From contig OZ024742.1 in assembly GCA_964016885.1 (NCBI GenBank), forward strand, positions 198,586,001-198,650,000: a stretch of 64,000 bases of DNA, written 5' to 3'. Positions within the stretch are counted from its first letter, which is position 1. Each line of letters opens with the position of its first letter. Of the stretch, positions 10,896-24,208 are shown piece after piece. The position numbers and the translations under genes are program-made. Source of the stretch: Eledone cirrhosa (taxonomy: Eukaryota). The notes beneath the pieces are model-generated. The model did no database searches and was not told the DNA's origin. It saw nothing but the letters and a program-made list of their open reading frames with translations.

Positions 10896-10965
10896 CACAA
10901 CAGAAGACTGGAACAAAAACACCAGCAGGAATTGGTAATGTGTTTGATAAGGCACCCATCCAAAA
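10896..10965 (-). CDS. CLCN2: ClC-2-like exon: FWMGALSNTLPIPAGVFVPVFCCG
   Basis: GxFxP selectivity motif; CTGTAG acceptor; weak GTTCGT donor gives the 70 nt and phase needed to join the next exon. Confidence 0.9.
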
Positions 10966-11344
10966 CTACAGAAAAGGTATGATAAGAAAAGGATTTTAAT
11001 ATGATAGCAATAATAATAATAATAATAATAATAATGATTTCTGATTTAGGTACAAAGGGAAGGGCAAAGTCAATTAAATTGACTCCAGTGCATGACTGGT
11101 TCATTATTTTATCAACCCCACAGATACAATACTTACCATAATGATTGCTTGTATTTTTTGCATAAGGCCAGCAATTTAAAGGGAAGAGGAAAGTCAATTA
11201 AATCAACCCTAGTGCGATGATAGTCAAAGTTAACCTCAGTGGGATTTGAACTCAGAACATGAAATGTTGTTACTAAATGCTGTAATGCATTTCGTCTGCA
11301 ACTCTAAAGATTCTGCCAATCCACTGCCCTGGCACATACCATAA

Positions 11345-11490
11345 TAATAACTGTTTCTACTTTAGGCACAAGGCCAGCAATTATCCCAGTGCATTACTGG
11401 TACTTTATTTTATCGACCCCCGTAAGGATGAAAGGCAAAGTTAACCTCGGCGGGATTTGAACTCAGATCATAAAGGGATGTAACTATGCT
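11345..11490 (-). mobile_element. tRNA-derived SINE (same family as 46505-46690)
   Basis: B box gagttcaaatccc and cctttcatccttacggggtcgataaaataaagtaccag core on the minus strand. Confidence 0.75.
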
Positions 11491-12062
11491 GTAATAACAA
11501 CAGCAACAATAAAGTTTTCTAACATAGGCACAAGGCCAGTAATTTTAAGGGAGGAGTTTGTCAGTTAAATCAACCCAATGATCCTTAGTTGAGTCAAAAT
11601 GAAAAATGCATCCAGTACAGCTTGTAAGATGGTTGGTGACAGGAATGGCATACCACTATAGAAACAATGCCAAAAAAAGGGCAAAAGGACTCTTTAGGGG
11701 AGTCAAAGGCATAACAATCTCTCTAGTCTTGTTGTTCTACATGAGATGCACCCAATACACTCTGTAATGTGGTTGGTGAAAAGAAGGGAACACACACACA
11801 CACACATATATATATATTCAAAATTAGAAAAGATCAAGGTTAACAAATTAAACCCATTCTTTAATTTCTATGTCGGTTTATATATATATATATATCATCA
11901 TCATCATTCTACGTCCGCTTTTCCCTGTTATGCACATGTATACTTACAGGCATGTGTGTGTGTGTGTGAAACATCCAAAGAAATCTGGAGGGTACAAAGG
12001 CCAAAACGTTGTGACGATAACAACTGAGGTGAGGACACTAGTTCAAATAAATCAGTTTATAA

Positions 12063-12256
12063 TAATTATTTCTACTTTTTGGCACAAGGCCAGCAATTAT
12101 CCCAGTGCATTACTGGTACTTTATTTTATCAACCCCGTAAGGATGAAAGAAAAAGTTAATTGCAGCGGGATTTGAACTCAGACCATAAAGGGCTGTAACT
12201 CCTTGTTGCAAAGCATAGCGTCCGACCCTCTACTGATAATGCCAATCCACCGCCCT
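12063..12256 (-). mobile_element. tRNA-derived SINE, near full length
   Basis: Reverse complement of 46505-46690. Confidence 0.8.
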
Positions 12257-12378
12257 AAATTCAGTTTATAATAATGACAGGTCCTCATCCAAGGAATTCA
12301 AACACACACACAAAATTATTATTATAAAAATAAACTACTTAAAACCAAAATTGAAATTGAAGACAAAAAATTACTTAC

Positions 12379-12531
12379 CGTCATGATAACATATAGTAAG
12401 AGTGTAACGTAGATATTTGTAGCTGGAGGGTTCCAGTGCCTGAGAATAGCTTCTTCTTCTAAGTCTTCAGCTTGTCCAGTGGTCCATGTGATATTACTGA
12501 ACAATTCATTAATGGCCCGACGAGCAGTCAG
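12379..12531 (-). CDS. CLCN2: ClC-2-like exon: LTARRAINELFSNITWTTGQAEDLEEEAILRHWNPPATNIYVTLLLYVIMT
   Basis: LFxNxTW extracellular loop with N-glycosylation sequon NIT; TTTACAG acceptor, GTAAGT donor. Confidence 0.93.
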
Positions 12532-13182
12532 CTGTAAAAACAATCAGTCAATTCATTAGGAACACAGACAGGTTTTAGCTGGGCTTTTGTTTTTCTTACT
12601 GTTTAGTCGGGGATGCAAGAGCAGTGCCCATGGCCCTTTTTGTGCCTCTGAGATATGTAGAAGGGTGAGGAAGGTATCGTCAAATTAGAGGCCAGTCCCG
12701 AATGGTTACAACAGAGTAGATCTGGTAAAGGCACAGAAGGTCCAGGTGGTGGTGGTGGAGGTATTAAACCAGGTACCAGATTAAGTCTACCACCCAAGTA
12801 GGTTAAAGTGAGATTTGCAACAGAGTGGTCACTGCCAAAAACATCCAAGAGCTAGGTGGTGGTGTTAAACTAGATGGATTAAGTCTATCACCAAAATAGT
12901 AAGATTTGCAACAGAGTGGACTCTGCTAAAGGCACCCAAGTGCCATTTTATCCCTTGCATTTCTAGGTCTACATCTTCCACAGGTGCCATCTACTGAGAT
13001 TTCTTTGCACTTTTTCATACAGCAATCATCTTTTGTACACATCACATGTCCACACCAGTGCAGTCATACTTCATCTGATACCTCTTATACTAAGTTTTTC
13101 TGTCAGTTCAATTATGCAACATCATTCAACCCCACTAATATTACAACACATCCAACAGAGCATACTCACATTATATACATAC

Positions 13183-13267
13183 CTGTCCAGCAAAATATTG
13201 TCCTAGACCAGGTGGGAATGTTAATGTAGATATTAGAATGGCTATAATACCTGGATAAATAAATCGA
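13183..13267 (-). CDS. CLCN2: ClC-2-like exon: RFIYPGIIAILISTLTFPPGLGQYFAGQ
   Basis: ISTLTFPPGxGQ motif; TTTTAG acceptor, GTATGT donor. Confidence 0.94.
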
Positions 13268-13748
13268 CTAAAATGATAAAAAAAAAACAGATTAAGTATT
13301 ATTATTATTATAACTAGTTGATGTCATGGAAATTATAACTAGTTGATGTCATGGTTTAATTGAAAACAATCACTTGTTAAAGATAACATGACATATTAGA
13401 TTATTTATTTATAAGTTATATATTTTAAAGAGTTCACATTTATATTAAACCTTCTATCATAATTTTGAGGGAGATAGTTTTATGTTACTAAAAATTTCAA
13501 TTTTTTTTAATTATTTTCAAAATTATTTGAAATACATTGGTAATGTTCTTTATTAGAAATATGGTGACAAGGGGATTAAAATGTTTAATTTTAATTAAAA
13601 AGCTTCCATCATAATTTTATGTAAGAATCTCTTAAGTTATGCTCCAAACACTAGCTTAATGAGAAAGTTAGTTATATTACTAAATTTTCCAAATTAATAG
13701 AATCATACAGATTGTGTATTTCATTAGAAATATAATAAAAAAGGTTAA

Positions 13749-13956
13749 CTCTTAACATTCTGTAAGAAAATATTCAAAATGTTAGTTAATTTAAATGTTT
13801 ATAGTATCTTCACTAGCAAATAGCCAGTAGTGAAAAATGTTTTGCTGATGTGGTTTGTTAATTCAAATACTTATAGTATCTTTACTGATGGACAAATCAT
13901 TGCAAAAATTTTCTTTAATTTTTAATGTCTTATACTTGATGGCTTCATGTTAAGAG
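13749..13956. mobile_element. TTAA-flanked piggyBac-like MITE
   Basis: TTAA-CTCTTAACAT...ATGTTAAGAG-TTAA. Confidence 0.6.
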
Positions 13957-14041
13957 TTAAACTTCATGACAGAAAATTGAAATTATTTAAAAAATCAAGG
14001 AAAAGTTAAAAAAAAAAGAATATACCAAAGATTATTCTTAC

Positions 14042-14143
14042 TTTTTCTGTAGAAAAGCAGACATTCTTTTATGTCTTCTGGTGAAAAGAATAATTTTTCT
14101 ATGAAGTAAAATGAAGAGAGAACCGCCTAAGCCACATGCCACA
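14042..14143 (-). CDS. CLCN2: ClC-2-like exon: VACGLGGSLFILLHRKIILFTRRHKRMSAFLQK
   Basis: Helix J-like; TTTCAG acceptor, GTAAGA donor; phase 2/2. Confidence 0.92.
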
Positions 14144-14747
14144 CTGAAATAAATAAACAGAAATAATACATCAACATAGAACATAGAATATAGTTTAATT
14201 TCTTTAATACCAACCATCTAAAATTGTCCCCATTTCTACAAAAAGCAGTCCATAGTAATTTTATGTAAGATCATTTGTTAAGCTATATTTTAAATAGCCT
14301 CACAACATCAGCAGAAGGGGTATAAGGCCATTATTCTAAGCCATATGTCACTAGTGCTTTGAGAAAGCAACACCAAATATTAGCCCAGAACATATCAATG
14401 AATCAAAATAACAGAATTAATTTTTATTTCTTCTTCATATTTTTCTGTGTTTTCTGTTCAACTTCTAGCTGTTGCATAACGGTTATCACCAAAATATATA
14501 TAACAGCGATTATGAATAAATGATGTGAATTATAACCCGTTGACTTGAACTTCATGATTATAATTATACTCCAGAGTATAATCCTTACTTGTGTTCTTCG
14601 TCGAGTGCATACAAAAGTGTCGGTGATAAACTAACACATAATTTAATTAATTATGTATATTATCATCATCATCAGCACCATTTAACATCCATTTTTCCAT
14701 GCTAGCATGGGTTATATTTACACTTCACAGCTAAATATAATACACAC

Positions 14748-14781
<34 letters not shown>

Positions 14782-14782
<1 letters not shown>

Positions 14783-14960
14783 GGAACGAGTAGGACCCCG
14801 ACGGTTGAGCTCAAGCCGTTTCGATGGCTAATTCTGGACTAATTAGTCCAGAATTAGCCGTCGGGGTCCTACTCGTTCCTATTACCCACTCTACTACCCT
14901 AAGTATTGAGTACTTTGGTGCGTTATGGTCCACCTGGTTCCTTACCACATTTCCTTCGTT
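14782..14960 (+). mobile_element. Second copy of the fold-back Penelope-like remnant in (TA)n
   Basis: Same arms and tail as 3128-3367; palindrome centre at 14841-14844; right arm has a short deletion between agcc repeats. Confidence 0.6.
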
Positions 14961-15374
14961 ATATATATATATACTTCATAGGCAAGTATTTTTTTAAATG
15001 GATCAGATTTGACAAATTTCATGACACAGAGATTATCAGTGACACTCAAGTATCACAACATTGAAACCAGTAGTGTTACTTCAACTTGCTATCTCCAGCT
15101 TGTCAGGCAATGAAATTTGAGTCTGCCATTGAAATCGCCAGGTGGCTGTTGGATAGGATGTTGTTGTATGTCGTATCCCAGATGAAGGGCTTACCACTGT
15201 GGAACAGAAGACTATGATGCTTTCTGGTTTTTTGTTGTCCTCTCAGTTTAATCCCACTAGTTCAAGAAGCAACGGAAAGCCAACTGTGTCTATGCTATGC
15301 TTAGTGATCTCATTGAGAGCAATATGCTGTGGGAGGCAGCATGACAGTGGACGGAAGCCAAAGTTATTTACATA

Positions 15375-15560
15375 TTTGTTTCTACTTTAGGCACAAGGCC
15401 AGCAATTACCCAGTTCATTACTGGTACTTTATTTTATCGACCCCGTAAGGATGAAAGGCAAAGTCAACCTCGGCGGGATTTGAACTCAGATCGTAAAGGG
15501 ACGTAACTATGCTGGAAAGCATGGCGTCCGACCCTCTACCGATACTGCCAATCCACCGTC
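15375..15560 (-). mobile_element. tRNA-derived SINE, near full length
   Basis: Reverse complement of 46505-46690. Confidence 0.8.
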
Positions 15561-15914
15561 ATAGAAGTGTACATAGTCTACAATGATAGTACACATAGAA
15601 GATAGCTTAGTGTCAGTCTTTCACAGTATTGGTATTTTTTCCAAGTACTTGCATTCTGACTCCAAATCCCACGGTAGCTTACAAGTGAGGTAGATTTAAT
15701 CTGTCTCCTACTTTAACACCACCAGCAGACCTTTGGGTACCTTTAGCAAAAGTCTACTCTGTTATAAGCTTTCAAACCAGGTCTCTGCTTTAAGGATACT
15801 ACCTCCCCCCTTTTATCAATATCAAAGGCCCTGGAGAGGATCAGGTACTTCCTTCCTCTTCCCATTTATTTTTCTCATGCATTTAAGTATGGTGCTATCT
15901 AATGTAACAGTTAG

Positions 15915-16290
15915 GTACAATTTGAGGGAAATTTAGCTGCTATTTCTAGCAGCTTAAGTAATGTTTATAGAAGTTTCCGTGTGAGTCTTTATCATTCATC
16001 CTTTTTTAAAACAGCAAGATGCAATTTTAGGGAAATGTGGCTGCTATTTCTAGCAGTTCAAATAATGTTTATAGAAGTTTGCATCATTCATCCTTTTTTA
16101 AAACAATAAGATACAATTTGAGATAAATCTGGCTGCTATTTCTAGCAGCTCAAATAATGTTTATAGAAGTTTCCTTGCTAGTCTGTATCCTTCATCCCTT
16201 TTTAAAACAGTAAGATACAATTTGAGAGAAATTTGGCTGCTATTTCTAGCAGCTCAAATAATGTTTATATAGGTTTCTTTGTTAGTTTGT
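15915..16290. repeat. Tandem repeat, ~100-bp unit, 4 copies
   Basis: Recurring caatttgag..gctgctatttctagcagctcaaataatgtttatagaagttt near 15916, 16021, 16112 and 16216. Confidence 0.85.
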
Positions 16291-16600
16291 ATAAATCTAG
16301 TATTAACAATTGTTTTGTGTGTAGTGCGTGATGTTTTAATTGTTTGGTATAAATAAGTAATAAGAAGATGATATAGATAATAACATTAGTGCAAAGCAAT
16401 ACCGTTGAAACTAATCTGTGTGTGTATATAGATCACCATTGTAATCATCACCGTTTAATGTCTATTTTTCAAGCTTGTACAAGTTAAACAGGTTATCATG
16501 TACTGATGCTAGCCTGCTCAGCTGACCTCATCTTGTTTGTACACTTTGTTTTTGGCCTGGTTTCTACAGTAGGATGCACTTCCAAATACCAACTACTTAA

Positions 16601-16831
16601 CCTTTTAGTTACCAACCCAGCCAAAAACCAGCTCTGGTTCGATGAAATAAAATCACCTATTTTAAAGGTTTCCCATTTAAATCTTCCAACATAATCTTAT
16701 ATAAGAACCTTACATTAAGTTAGTTACTATCTTAGTAATGAAATAATTAATAATTTTAGTAAATCCCTAAAAATTCTTCATTAATTCATTGAAATAGAGT
16801 GTATTTCATTGGATATACAGTCATGAAAGGG
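16601..16831. mobile_element. TTAA-flanked piggyBac-like MITE (abundant family)
   Basis: TTAA-CCTTT...AAAGGG-TTAA; relatives at 32187-32414, 34891-35104 and 38608-38836, with fragments near 7200-7840, 13440-13745, 41220-41650, 44140-44500, 46690-47640 and 61075-61450. Confidence 0.7.
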
Positions 16832-16862
16832 TTAATACAGTGGACTAGAGTATTTTATCGTG

Positions 16863-17845
16863 ACAGCAGCCCTACCACCTTACTGGGTGGAGTGGATGTT
16901 GTTATAATGGCACCAGCCCTACCACCTTACCGGGTGGACAGGGTGTGTTTATAATGACACCAGCACTACCACCTTACCGGGTGGACAGGGTGTGTTTATA
17001 ATGACACCAGCACTACCACCTTACTGGGTGGACTAGGTGTTGTTATAATGACACCAGCACTACCACCTTACTGGGTGGAGTGGATGTTGTTATAATGGCA
17101 CCAGCCCTACCACCTTACCAGGTGGACAGGGTGTGTTTATAATGACACCAGCACTACCACCTTACTGGGTGGACTAGGTGTTGTTATAATGACACCAGCA
17201 CTACCACCTTACTGAGTGGAGTGGATGTTGTTATAATGGCACCAGCCCTACCACCTTACCAGGTGGACAGGGTGTGTTTATAATGACACCAGCACTACCA
17301 CCTTACTGGGTGGACTAGGTGTTGTTATAATGACACCAGCACTACCACCTTACTGGGTGGACTAGGTGTTGTTATAATGACACCAGCACTACCACCTTAC
17401 TGGGTGGGCTGGATGTTTATATAATGACACCAGCCCTACCACCTTACCAGGTGGACAGGGTGTGTTTATAATGACACCAGCACTACCACCTTACTGGGTG
17501 GACTAGGTGTTGTTATAATGACACCAGCACTACCACCTTACTGGGTGGGCTGGATGTTTATATAATGACACCAGCCCTACCACCTTACCAGGTGGACAGG
17601 GTGTGTTTATAATGACACCAGCACTACCACCTTACTGGGTGGACTAGGTGTTGTTATAATGACACCAGCACTACCACCTTACTGAGTGGGCTGGATGTTT
17701 TTATAATGACACCAGCACTACCACCTTACAGGGTGGACTGGGTGTTGTTATGACACCAGCCTTACCACCTTACAGGGTGGACTGGGTGTTTTAATAATGG
17801 CACCAGCACTACCACCTTACAGGGTGGGCTGGATGCATTTTAATG
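16863..17845. repeat. 47-bp minisatellite, ~21 copies, with trimeric higher-order structure
   Basis: Unit gacaccagcactaccaccttactgggtggactaggtgttgttataat (e.g. starts at 17003 and 17050). Confidence 0.95.
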
Positions 17846-18134
17846 TGGCAATGAAGCCGAAATATAATTGTTTCTACTATTGGCACAAGGCCAGCAATTA
17901 TAGCAGTGCATTACTGGTACTTTATTTTATCAACCTCGTAAGGAAGAAAGGCAAAGTTAACCTCGGCGAGATTTGAAGCCAAAATATAATGTACACAAAT
18001 GGGGTGTAACATCTACTAATGTTACTTACATACAAGTATATATGGCATATCATTTCAAGACTATATAGATAAGAATGCTCAATCTAAATTAGTATACATA
18101 TTTAATGTATAACAATAATATGTGAGAACAGCGA

Positions 18135-18700
18135 AGCATAAACGAACTGAAAGAGAAACTAGGCATAAGGAGAATCAAATGCTGTGTGCAGGAGAGGAGA
18201 TTATGTTGGTATGGACATGTGATGCATATCAAGGATGACAGCTGCATAAAAAGGTGCAGAGCACTCAAAATCGATGGAAGCCTTATAATGGGGAGACCCA
18301 GGAAGAGTTGGGATTAGGGGATAAAACCCTGCCCAATTGCACCTCTCAAAGGCGATGACACAAGACTGAGATCTCTGACGATACACAGTAATGCAGAAGA
18401 CCCGACTTCCCACGGGCACAGGCCAAAGCTGAAGCATATATGCAGTATGCCCCAACCAACCCTCCCATGAGGATAGGCTAAAGTAAATGCATCCAGTGAA
18501 GCCCCCAGCCCATACTGTAAAGTGGTCGTGATTGTGACATGGAAAAAAGTGCCCAGCTCACACTGTAAAGTGGTCATGTAGGCATCACCCAGTACTAACT
18601 GTAAATGAGGTTGGCATTAGGAATGGCATTCAGCAAGACATGGTCACCTAACCCAGCATTGCCCACACCATCTGGAGAAATAGACATAATATATATATGA
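18135..18700 (+). mobile_element. RTE subfamily A 3' fragment, decayed
   Basis: Aligns by eye with 1410-2000 (gcataaggagaatcaaatgctgtgtgcaggagagg...). Confidence 0.8.
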
Positions 18701-18990
18701 TGATTTTATATATATATATATATATATATCATCATCATATATATATTATGTTGGTACCATAAAACATCCAACCCACACTGTAAAGTCGTTGTGTAGGAGA
18801 CACAGCAAAAAGCACCCAGCACTCATTGTAAGTGTGGTTGCTGTCAGGAAGGGCATCCAGCCAGAAACAGTCCTATATGAGCGAGACACGGTCACCTGAC
18901 CCAACTTGCCTCAAATGGGACAAACCCATCTAACCCATGCTAGCTTGGAAAATAGACGTTAAATGATGATGATATGATATATATATATAT

Positions 18991-20094
18991 CATCATCATC
19001 ATCATCATCATTTTACGTCCGCTTTTCCCTGCTTGCAAGGGTGGGACGGGTCTTATTCAGCACAGCATCTCTCCACTCGTCACGGTCCCTCGTCATCTCC
19101 ACCGTGAGCTTCAATGATCTGAGGTCTGTTCTCACCACCTCCGCCCATGTTTTTCGTGGTCTACCTCTACCACGTCTTCCTTCAACTGGCATTTCCTGGC
19201 ACTTCTTCACCCATCGGTCATCCTCCATGCGCATCACATGTCCATACCACCTCAGTCTCCTCTCCCGTACACTACATTCTATCCCTCTCAGACACAGTTT
19301 CTCTCTCAACACATTTATGCTGGGTCGTTCACGCACATTTACACTGCACATCCAACGGAGCATGCTTGCCTCATTTCTCTCCAGCCGTCGCATATCTTCT
19401 GCGGTAGCTGCCCATGTCTCACTACCATGCAGCATCGCGCTCCTCACACAGGCATCATACAACCGGCCTTTCGTACGCAGGGAGAAACCCTTCTTCGTCA
19501 ACAGAGGAAGCAGCTCCCTAAACTTCTTCCAACCCGTCCTTATTCTAGATACTATGGCCTCGGAACACCCACCTCCCATGCTAATCTGATCTCCTAGGTA
19601 CCGGAAGCTATCCACCACTTCTATAGCGCCCTCTCGCATTTGAAAAATGTGTCTATCAGTGCGACTTCTACTGTCTAATTTCCCTGTACATCTACTGCAT
19701 ACATATTTCTCCCTACCTGTTAGTTTGCCTGCTATCCCGCTACATCTCTTGTGTACCCAGGACCTACATTGTGTGCATTTTATAGAATTTATGCCAGTTC
19801 CTTTTCTGCATATCGAACATGGCCATTTCCCTGACGGAATCAGGGTTTTGTCCTCTTTTCTACTCATCAACACTTTTGTCTTAGCTAGATTTACTCTCAG
19901 TCCTCTTGCTTCCAACTGCTGTTTCCATAGCCGGAATTTATTCTCTAGCTCCTCTACTGATTCTGCCATAAGAGCCAGATCGTCAGCATAGAGAAGTTCC
20001 CATGGACAGCCAGTCTTAAACTCCTCTGTTATGGCTTGGAGGACTATAATGAACAAGAGCGGGCTGAGGACCAAACCCTGATGTACTCCTACTT
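18991..20094 (-). mobile_element. RTE subfamily B, 5'-truncated, ORF 19013..20074 intact
   Basis: YADD, PHD insertion, RLRWYGHV, GRGRPRKTW; ORF ends at the (GAT)n tail; (TA)n on both sides. Confidence 0.92.
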
Positions 20095-21687
20095 GTATAT
20101 ATATATATATATATATAAGATATATTAGTAATCAGTTTCTGTTGCTTTAATTGATGAATCTCAGTAATGTGAATCGAGAACTCTGTCAACATACAGTTGC
20201 TTTTGACTCAACATATGAATTTCCACTTGAAGTTGCTCCAAGGGTGATCTTCCATAGGCACCATAATTGATCATCCTTGGAGTAATTATAATTAGACAAT
20301 AAGTTACACGAATACACTGTTCCCTGTACAAGAAGGAGAAGCATATATATATATATATCCTTGTTCAACCCATGCCAGCATGGAATACCAGGCATGCCTC
20401 ACAATGTACCATGAAACACAACTCACTCTAATCAATATATTGGTGGTCACCATGCTCAAAAATGCTGCCATTTAAATTCTTTTAGGTAAGAGTAATGTGC
20501 ATTGAGTGGCCAGAAGACCAGCCTAGTTAAACAATTTTGTCACATGCGGGCTTTCCTCATCTCATTTTCCACCAGCATCACCAACATATACTAGGGGAGC
20601 TAACTTACACCACCCTGTCATGTCACTACCCTCCCCTGCCAATGTCACTTTTGAACAAAATTAGTGCTGTTCACCTCACAGTTCCTCCTGTCACTCCTTC
20701 CACTGTTACCTTCCTTCCATTCAAACCACATTGCCAGTGTTAATGTTGTTCACCCTCCTTCTACCTATATTCCTTGCACTGTGACCTCTTTACCATTTTT
20801 TAAAATTCCACTGCTGATCCTGTTTGTGTGATTCAATCTTCTTCCACCAACCCACCACCTAATTGTGTTCTTTGTGTCTACTCTATATATACTATTGTAT
20901 TTTTAGAGTAAAGGCTTTATCTTACATAATTATCTCACATAATATTGAATCTACAACATTTTGATGTTATTTATTTTGAGAACAATACCTTAATGTAGGT
21001 ATGAGTGGCTCATTACAGCCGGTTTGAACAGAAAGAGGCGAGAAAGTTTTGGCTGGATATGGCTGGTTTAAATGTCACTTGAGCTGCAGAAGCTATCACA
21101 GGGGCTGTGTGAGCATAATTAAGGTTAAAGCTGTAACTCTTCCAAACTGGTCTTGTAACCAATGCTACTTCAGCTCTGACATACTTCACAAGGTAGAGCC
21201 TTATTCCAGAGATCAACTTCCTGCTGAGGATTTTGTAACTACTTTGTGGGGCTTATCTCAGTTGGAGCCCATTAAGTTTCTGTCTGCCAAATATCATTCA
21301 CAAGGCACTGGTATACATAATTATGTATACATATATTATATCGAGGTTAACTTTGCCTTTCATCCTTACGGGGTCGATAAAATAAAGTACAAGTAATGCA
21401 CTGGGTAATTGTTGGCTTTGTGCCAAAAGTAGAAACAATTATATATATAGAACTAAGATACATGAAACATAAATACCCCAAAGTAATAAATCAATGCTCT
21501 TGAGTTATATTTATAGATTAACATACCTACTTAATAATGTTGTAATGAACCTACTTAATAAGGCTATTAATTAAGATGATTATGAAACAATGCAAACTAG
21601 ATTATAGTTAAATGGTTAAGCATTCAAAGATATTGAGTTTTTAAGAAAATAATAGCAATAATATATATACATCTCTCTCTATATATA

Positions 21688-21726
<39 letters not shown>

Positions 21727-21728
<2 letters not shown>

Positions 21729-22810
21729 GATCACAGGTAAGCTATCTAAGAACGTAGATTTTACATGTGGCCAGTGCTCAGGTGCAATAAGTAGCAAGTG
21801 CCCACAGGATACTAGCTCCTTCCATTGCCCAAATGGTTCTATAGAAATAGTGGACACCTTTCGTTACCTGGGTGACAAAATCAGCAGTGGGGGAGGGTGC
21901 TCTGAAAGTACAGTAGCCGAGTCAGAACGGGATGGAAAAAGTTCAGAGAGCTTATACCGCTGTTGACTACAAAAGGTTTCTCTCTAAAAATGAAAGGCAG
22001 ACTGTATGATGCCTGCATACGAACAGCAATGTTACATGGCAGTGAGACATGGGCATTGTGCGCAGAGGATCTGCGCAGACTGAGGAGGAACGAAGCTTGC
22101 ATGCTCCGTTGGATGTGTAATACGTGAATGGCAAAGCATAATGAACTAAGTGAGAAATTAAGAATAAGAGGGATCAGATGCTGTTTACTCGAGAGAAGAC
22201 TACGTTGGTATGGTCACGTGATGCGCATAAAAGTCGACAGCTGTATTAAAAAGTGCAGGGCGATCAAAATAGATGGAAGCTACGGAGTAGGTAGACCCAG
22301 AAAAACCTGAGACGACTTGATAAAATCCGACCTTACACACTTGCACCTCTCTAAGACAATGTCACTGGACCGAGATCTTTGGTGCTATGCAGTAATACAG
22401 AAGACCCCCCTTGCCTATGTACAAAGCGAACCTACAGTCAGTAGGCACCTCTTAACCAAAATACACCGCCATCCCACTACCTCTACTCCCACCCCCATCA
22501 ACACCACCCCTTTCAATGTAAAGTTATGTTGGTACCACAACATCCAGTCCTAAATAAATGAGGTCGTGTAGGTGTCACGGCAAAAAAACACACAGTCCAC
22601 GCTGTAATGTGGCCGTGTAGGCAACACGGTAGAAACCTCCCAGTCCATACTGTAAACGTGGTTGGTGTTAGGAAGAGCAGCCAGCCATAGAAAACCCGCC
22701 AGACAGTCCTATACGAGCAAGACAACCAATCTTGCCTCAAGTGGGACAATTCCCGTCTAAACCCATGCTAGCGTGGAAGATAGATATTAAACGATGATAA
22801 TGATGGTGAT
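21727..22810 (+). mobile_element. RTE subfamily C, 5'-truncated, frameshifted
   Basis: Starts inside the PHD region; FRYLGDKISSGG, LRWYGHVMR; 3' UTR and tail; (TA)n on both sides. Confidence 0.88.
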
Positions 22811-22829
22811 ATATATATATAATGAGATT

Positions 22830-23760
22830 AGGTGATAAAAGCTGACCTTGCACAATTGCACCTCTCAAAGGCGAAGTCACAGGACCAAGATCCCTGGCAT
22901 TATGCAGTAATACAGAAGACTCACCTTCCCATGAGCACAGGCGAAAGCATACATATTGTGTGCACCACCTTCACTCCCACCTTCCATTCACTTCCCACAT
23001 CCCAACACTCCACTCCTCACTCACGTCCATATACCCAACTCCCTACACACTTCTCCCACCAAAGCCCCCAGCCCACACTGTAAAGTGGTCATGTAGGTGA
23101 CACGACAGCCAGTCCACATTGTAAAATGGTTGTGTAGGTGTCACGACAAAATGCACCCAGTACTCACTGTAAATGTGGTTGGCATTAGGAAGGGTAGAAA
23201 CCAAGCCAAAATCAGTTCTGTATGAGCAAGATATGGTCACCTGACCAAAACTCATCTAAACCATGTTGGCGTGGAAAAATAGATGTTAAATGGTGATGAT
23301 GATATATATATATATATATATACCATCTCACTTACACCTCTCTAAGATAATATCACTGGATCGAGATCTTTGGTGCTATGCAGTTGTACAGAAGACCTGC
23401 CTTTCCTTGTATACAAACCTAGTCAGTAGGCACCTCTTAACCCAATATACACCCCACCCCACACGCTCTACCCCATCCTCCCATTTCCGTCCAGTGTCGG
23501 TGAGACAACAAAAAGCACCCAGTCCACACTGTAAAAGTGGTTGCTGTTAGGTAGGAAGGGCATCCAGGTGTAGAAAACCAGCTAGAGACAGTTCTGTACG
23601 AGCGAGACGGTCTCCCGACCATTCCCACATCAAATGGGACAAAACCCGTCTAACCCATGTTCATGTGGAAGATGGACATTAAACAATGATGATGATGATG
23701 ATCATCATCATTTTTTAATGTCCATTTTCCAAGCTAGCATGGGTTAGTTCTTCTTTGACA
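22830..23760. mobile_element. Two further RTE 3'-end fragments in tandem, plus an inverted tail
   Basis: KADL..LHLSK C-terminus, UTR repeats, (gat)n/(cat)n junction at 23690-23710. Confidence 0.75.
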
Positions 23761-24208
23761 AGCCTGTGATAAACAGGCGAAACTCCAGAGTAACAAAACT
23801 CACTATTTAGCCTCAATAAAATGAATATTTAAACTCTACTTTAGTACTGTATACTCTTTTCCCTCTGTTGTCAACCACATATGGATATATCATCATCAAC
23901 CCTGTTTAACATCTATTTTTCCGTGCCTGCATAGGTTAGACAGGTCATCCATGTTATGAGACAAGTCTGGCCAGCTGGCCACATACCTTGATCAAATGGA
24001 ACTGTATTTTGGTCAGGATTTTTACAGCTGGATGCCCTTCCTACCACTAACCATGTTTACAATATGGAACTGGGTGGTCCCATTTATGAGGGAGATTTAG
24101 CACTTTATATATATAGATACATATATGTGTGTGTGTGTGTGTATATTTTTTATTATATTACTGAGATTACACTCTGTTGCCACTCTAAGTGGCCAGTTAT
24201 ATTTGATA

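Noticed and set aside
16863-17845. CRISPR-like regular array
   Set aside because: Head-to-tail 47-bp units with no unique spacers, no cas genes, and a eukaryotic intron context.
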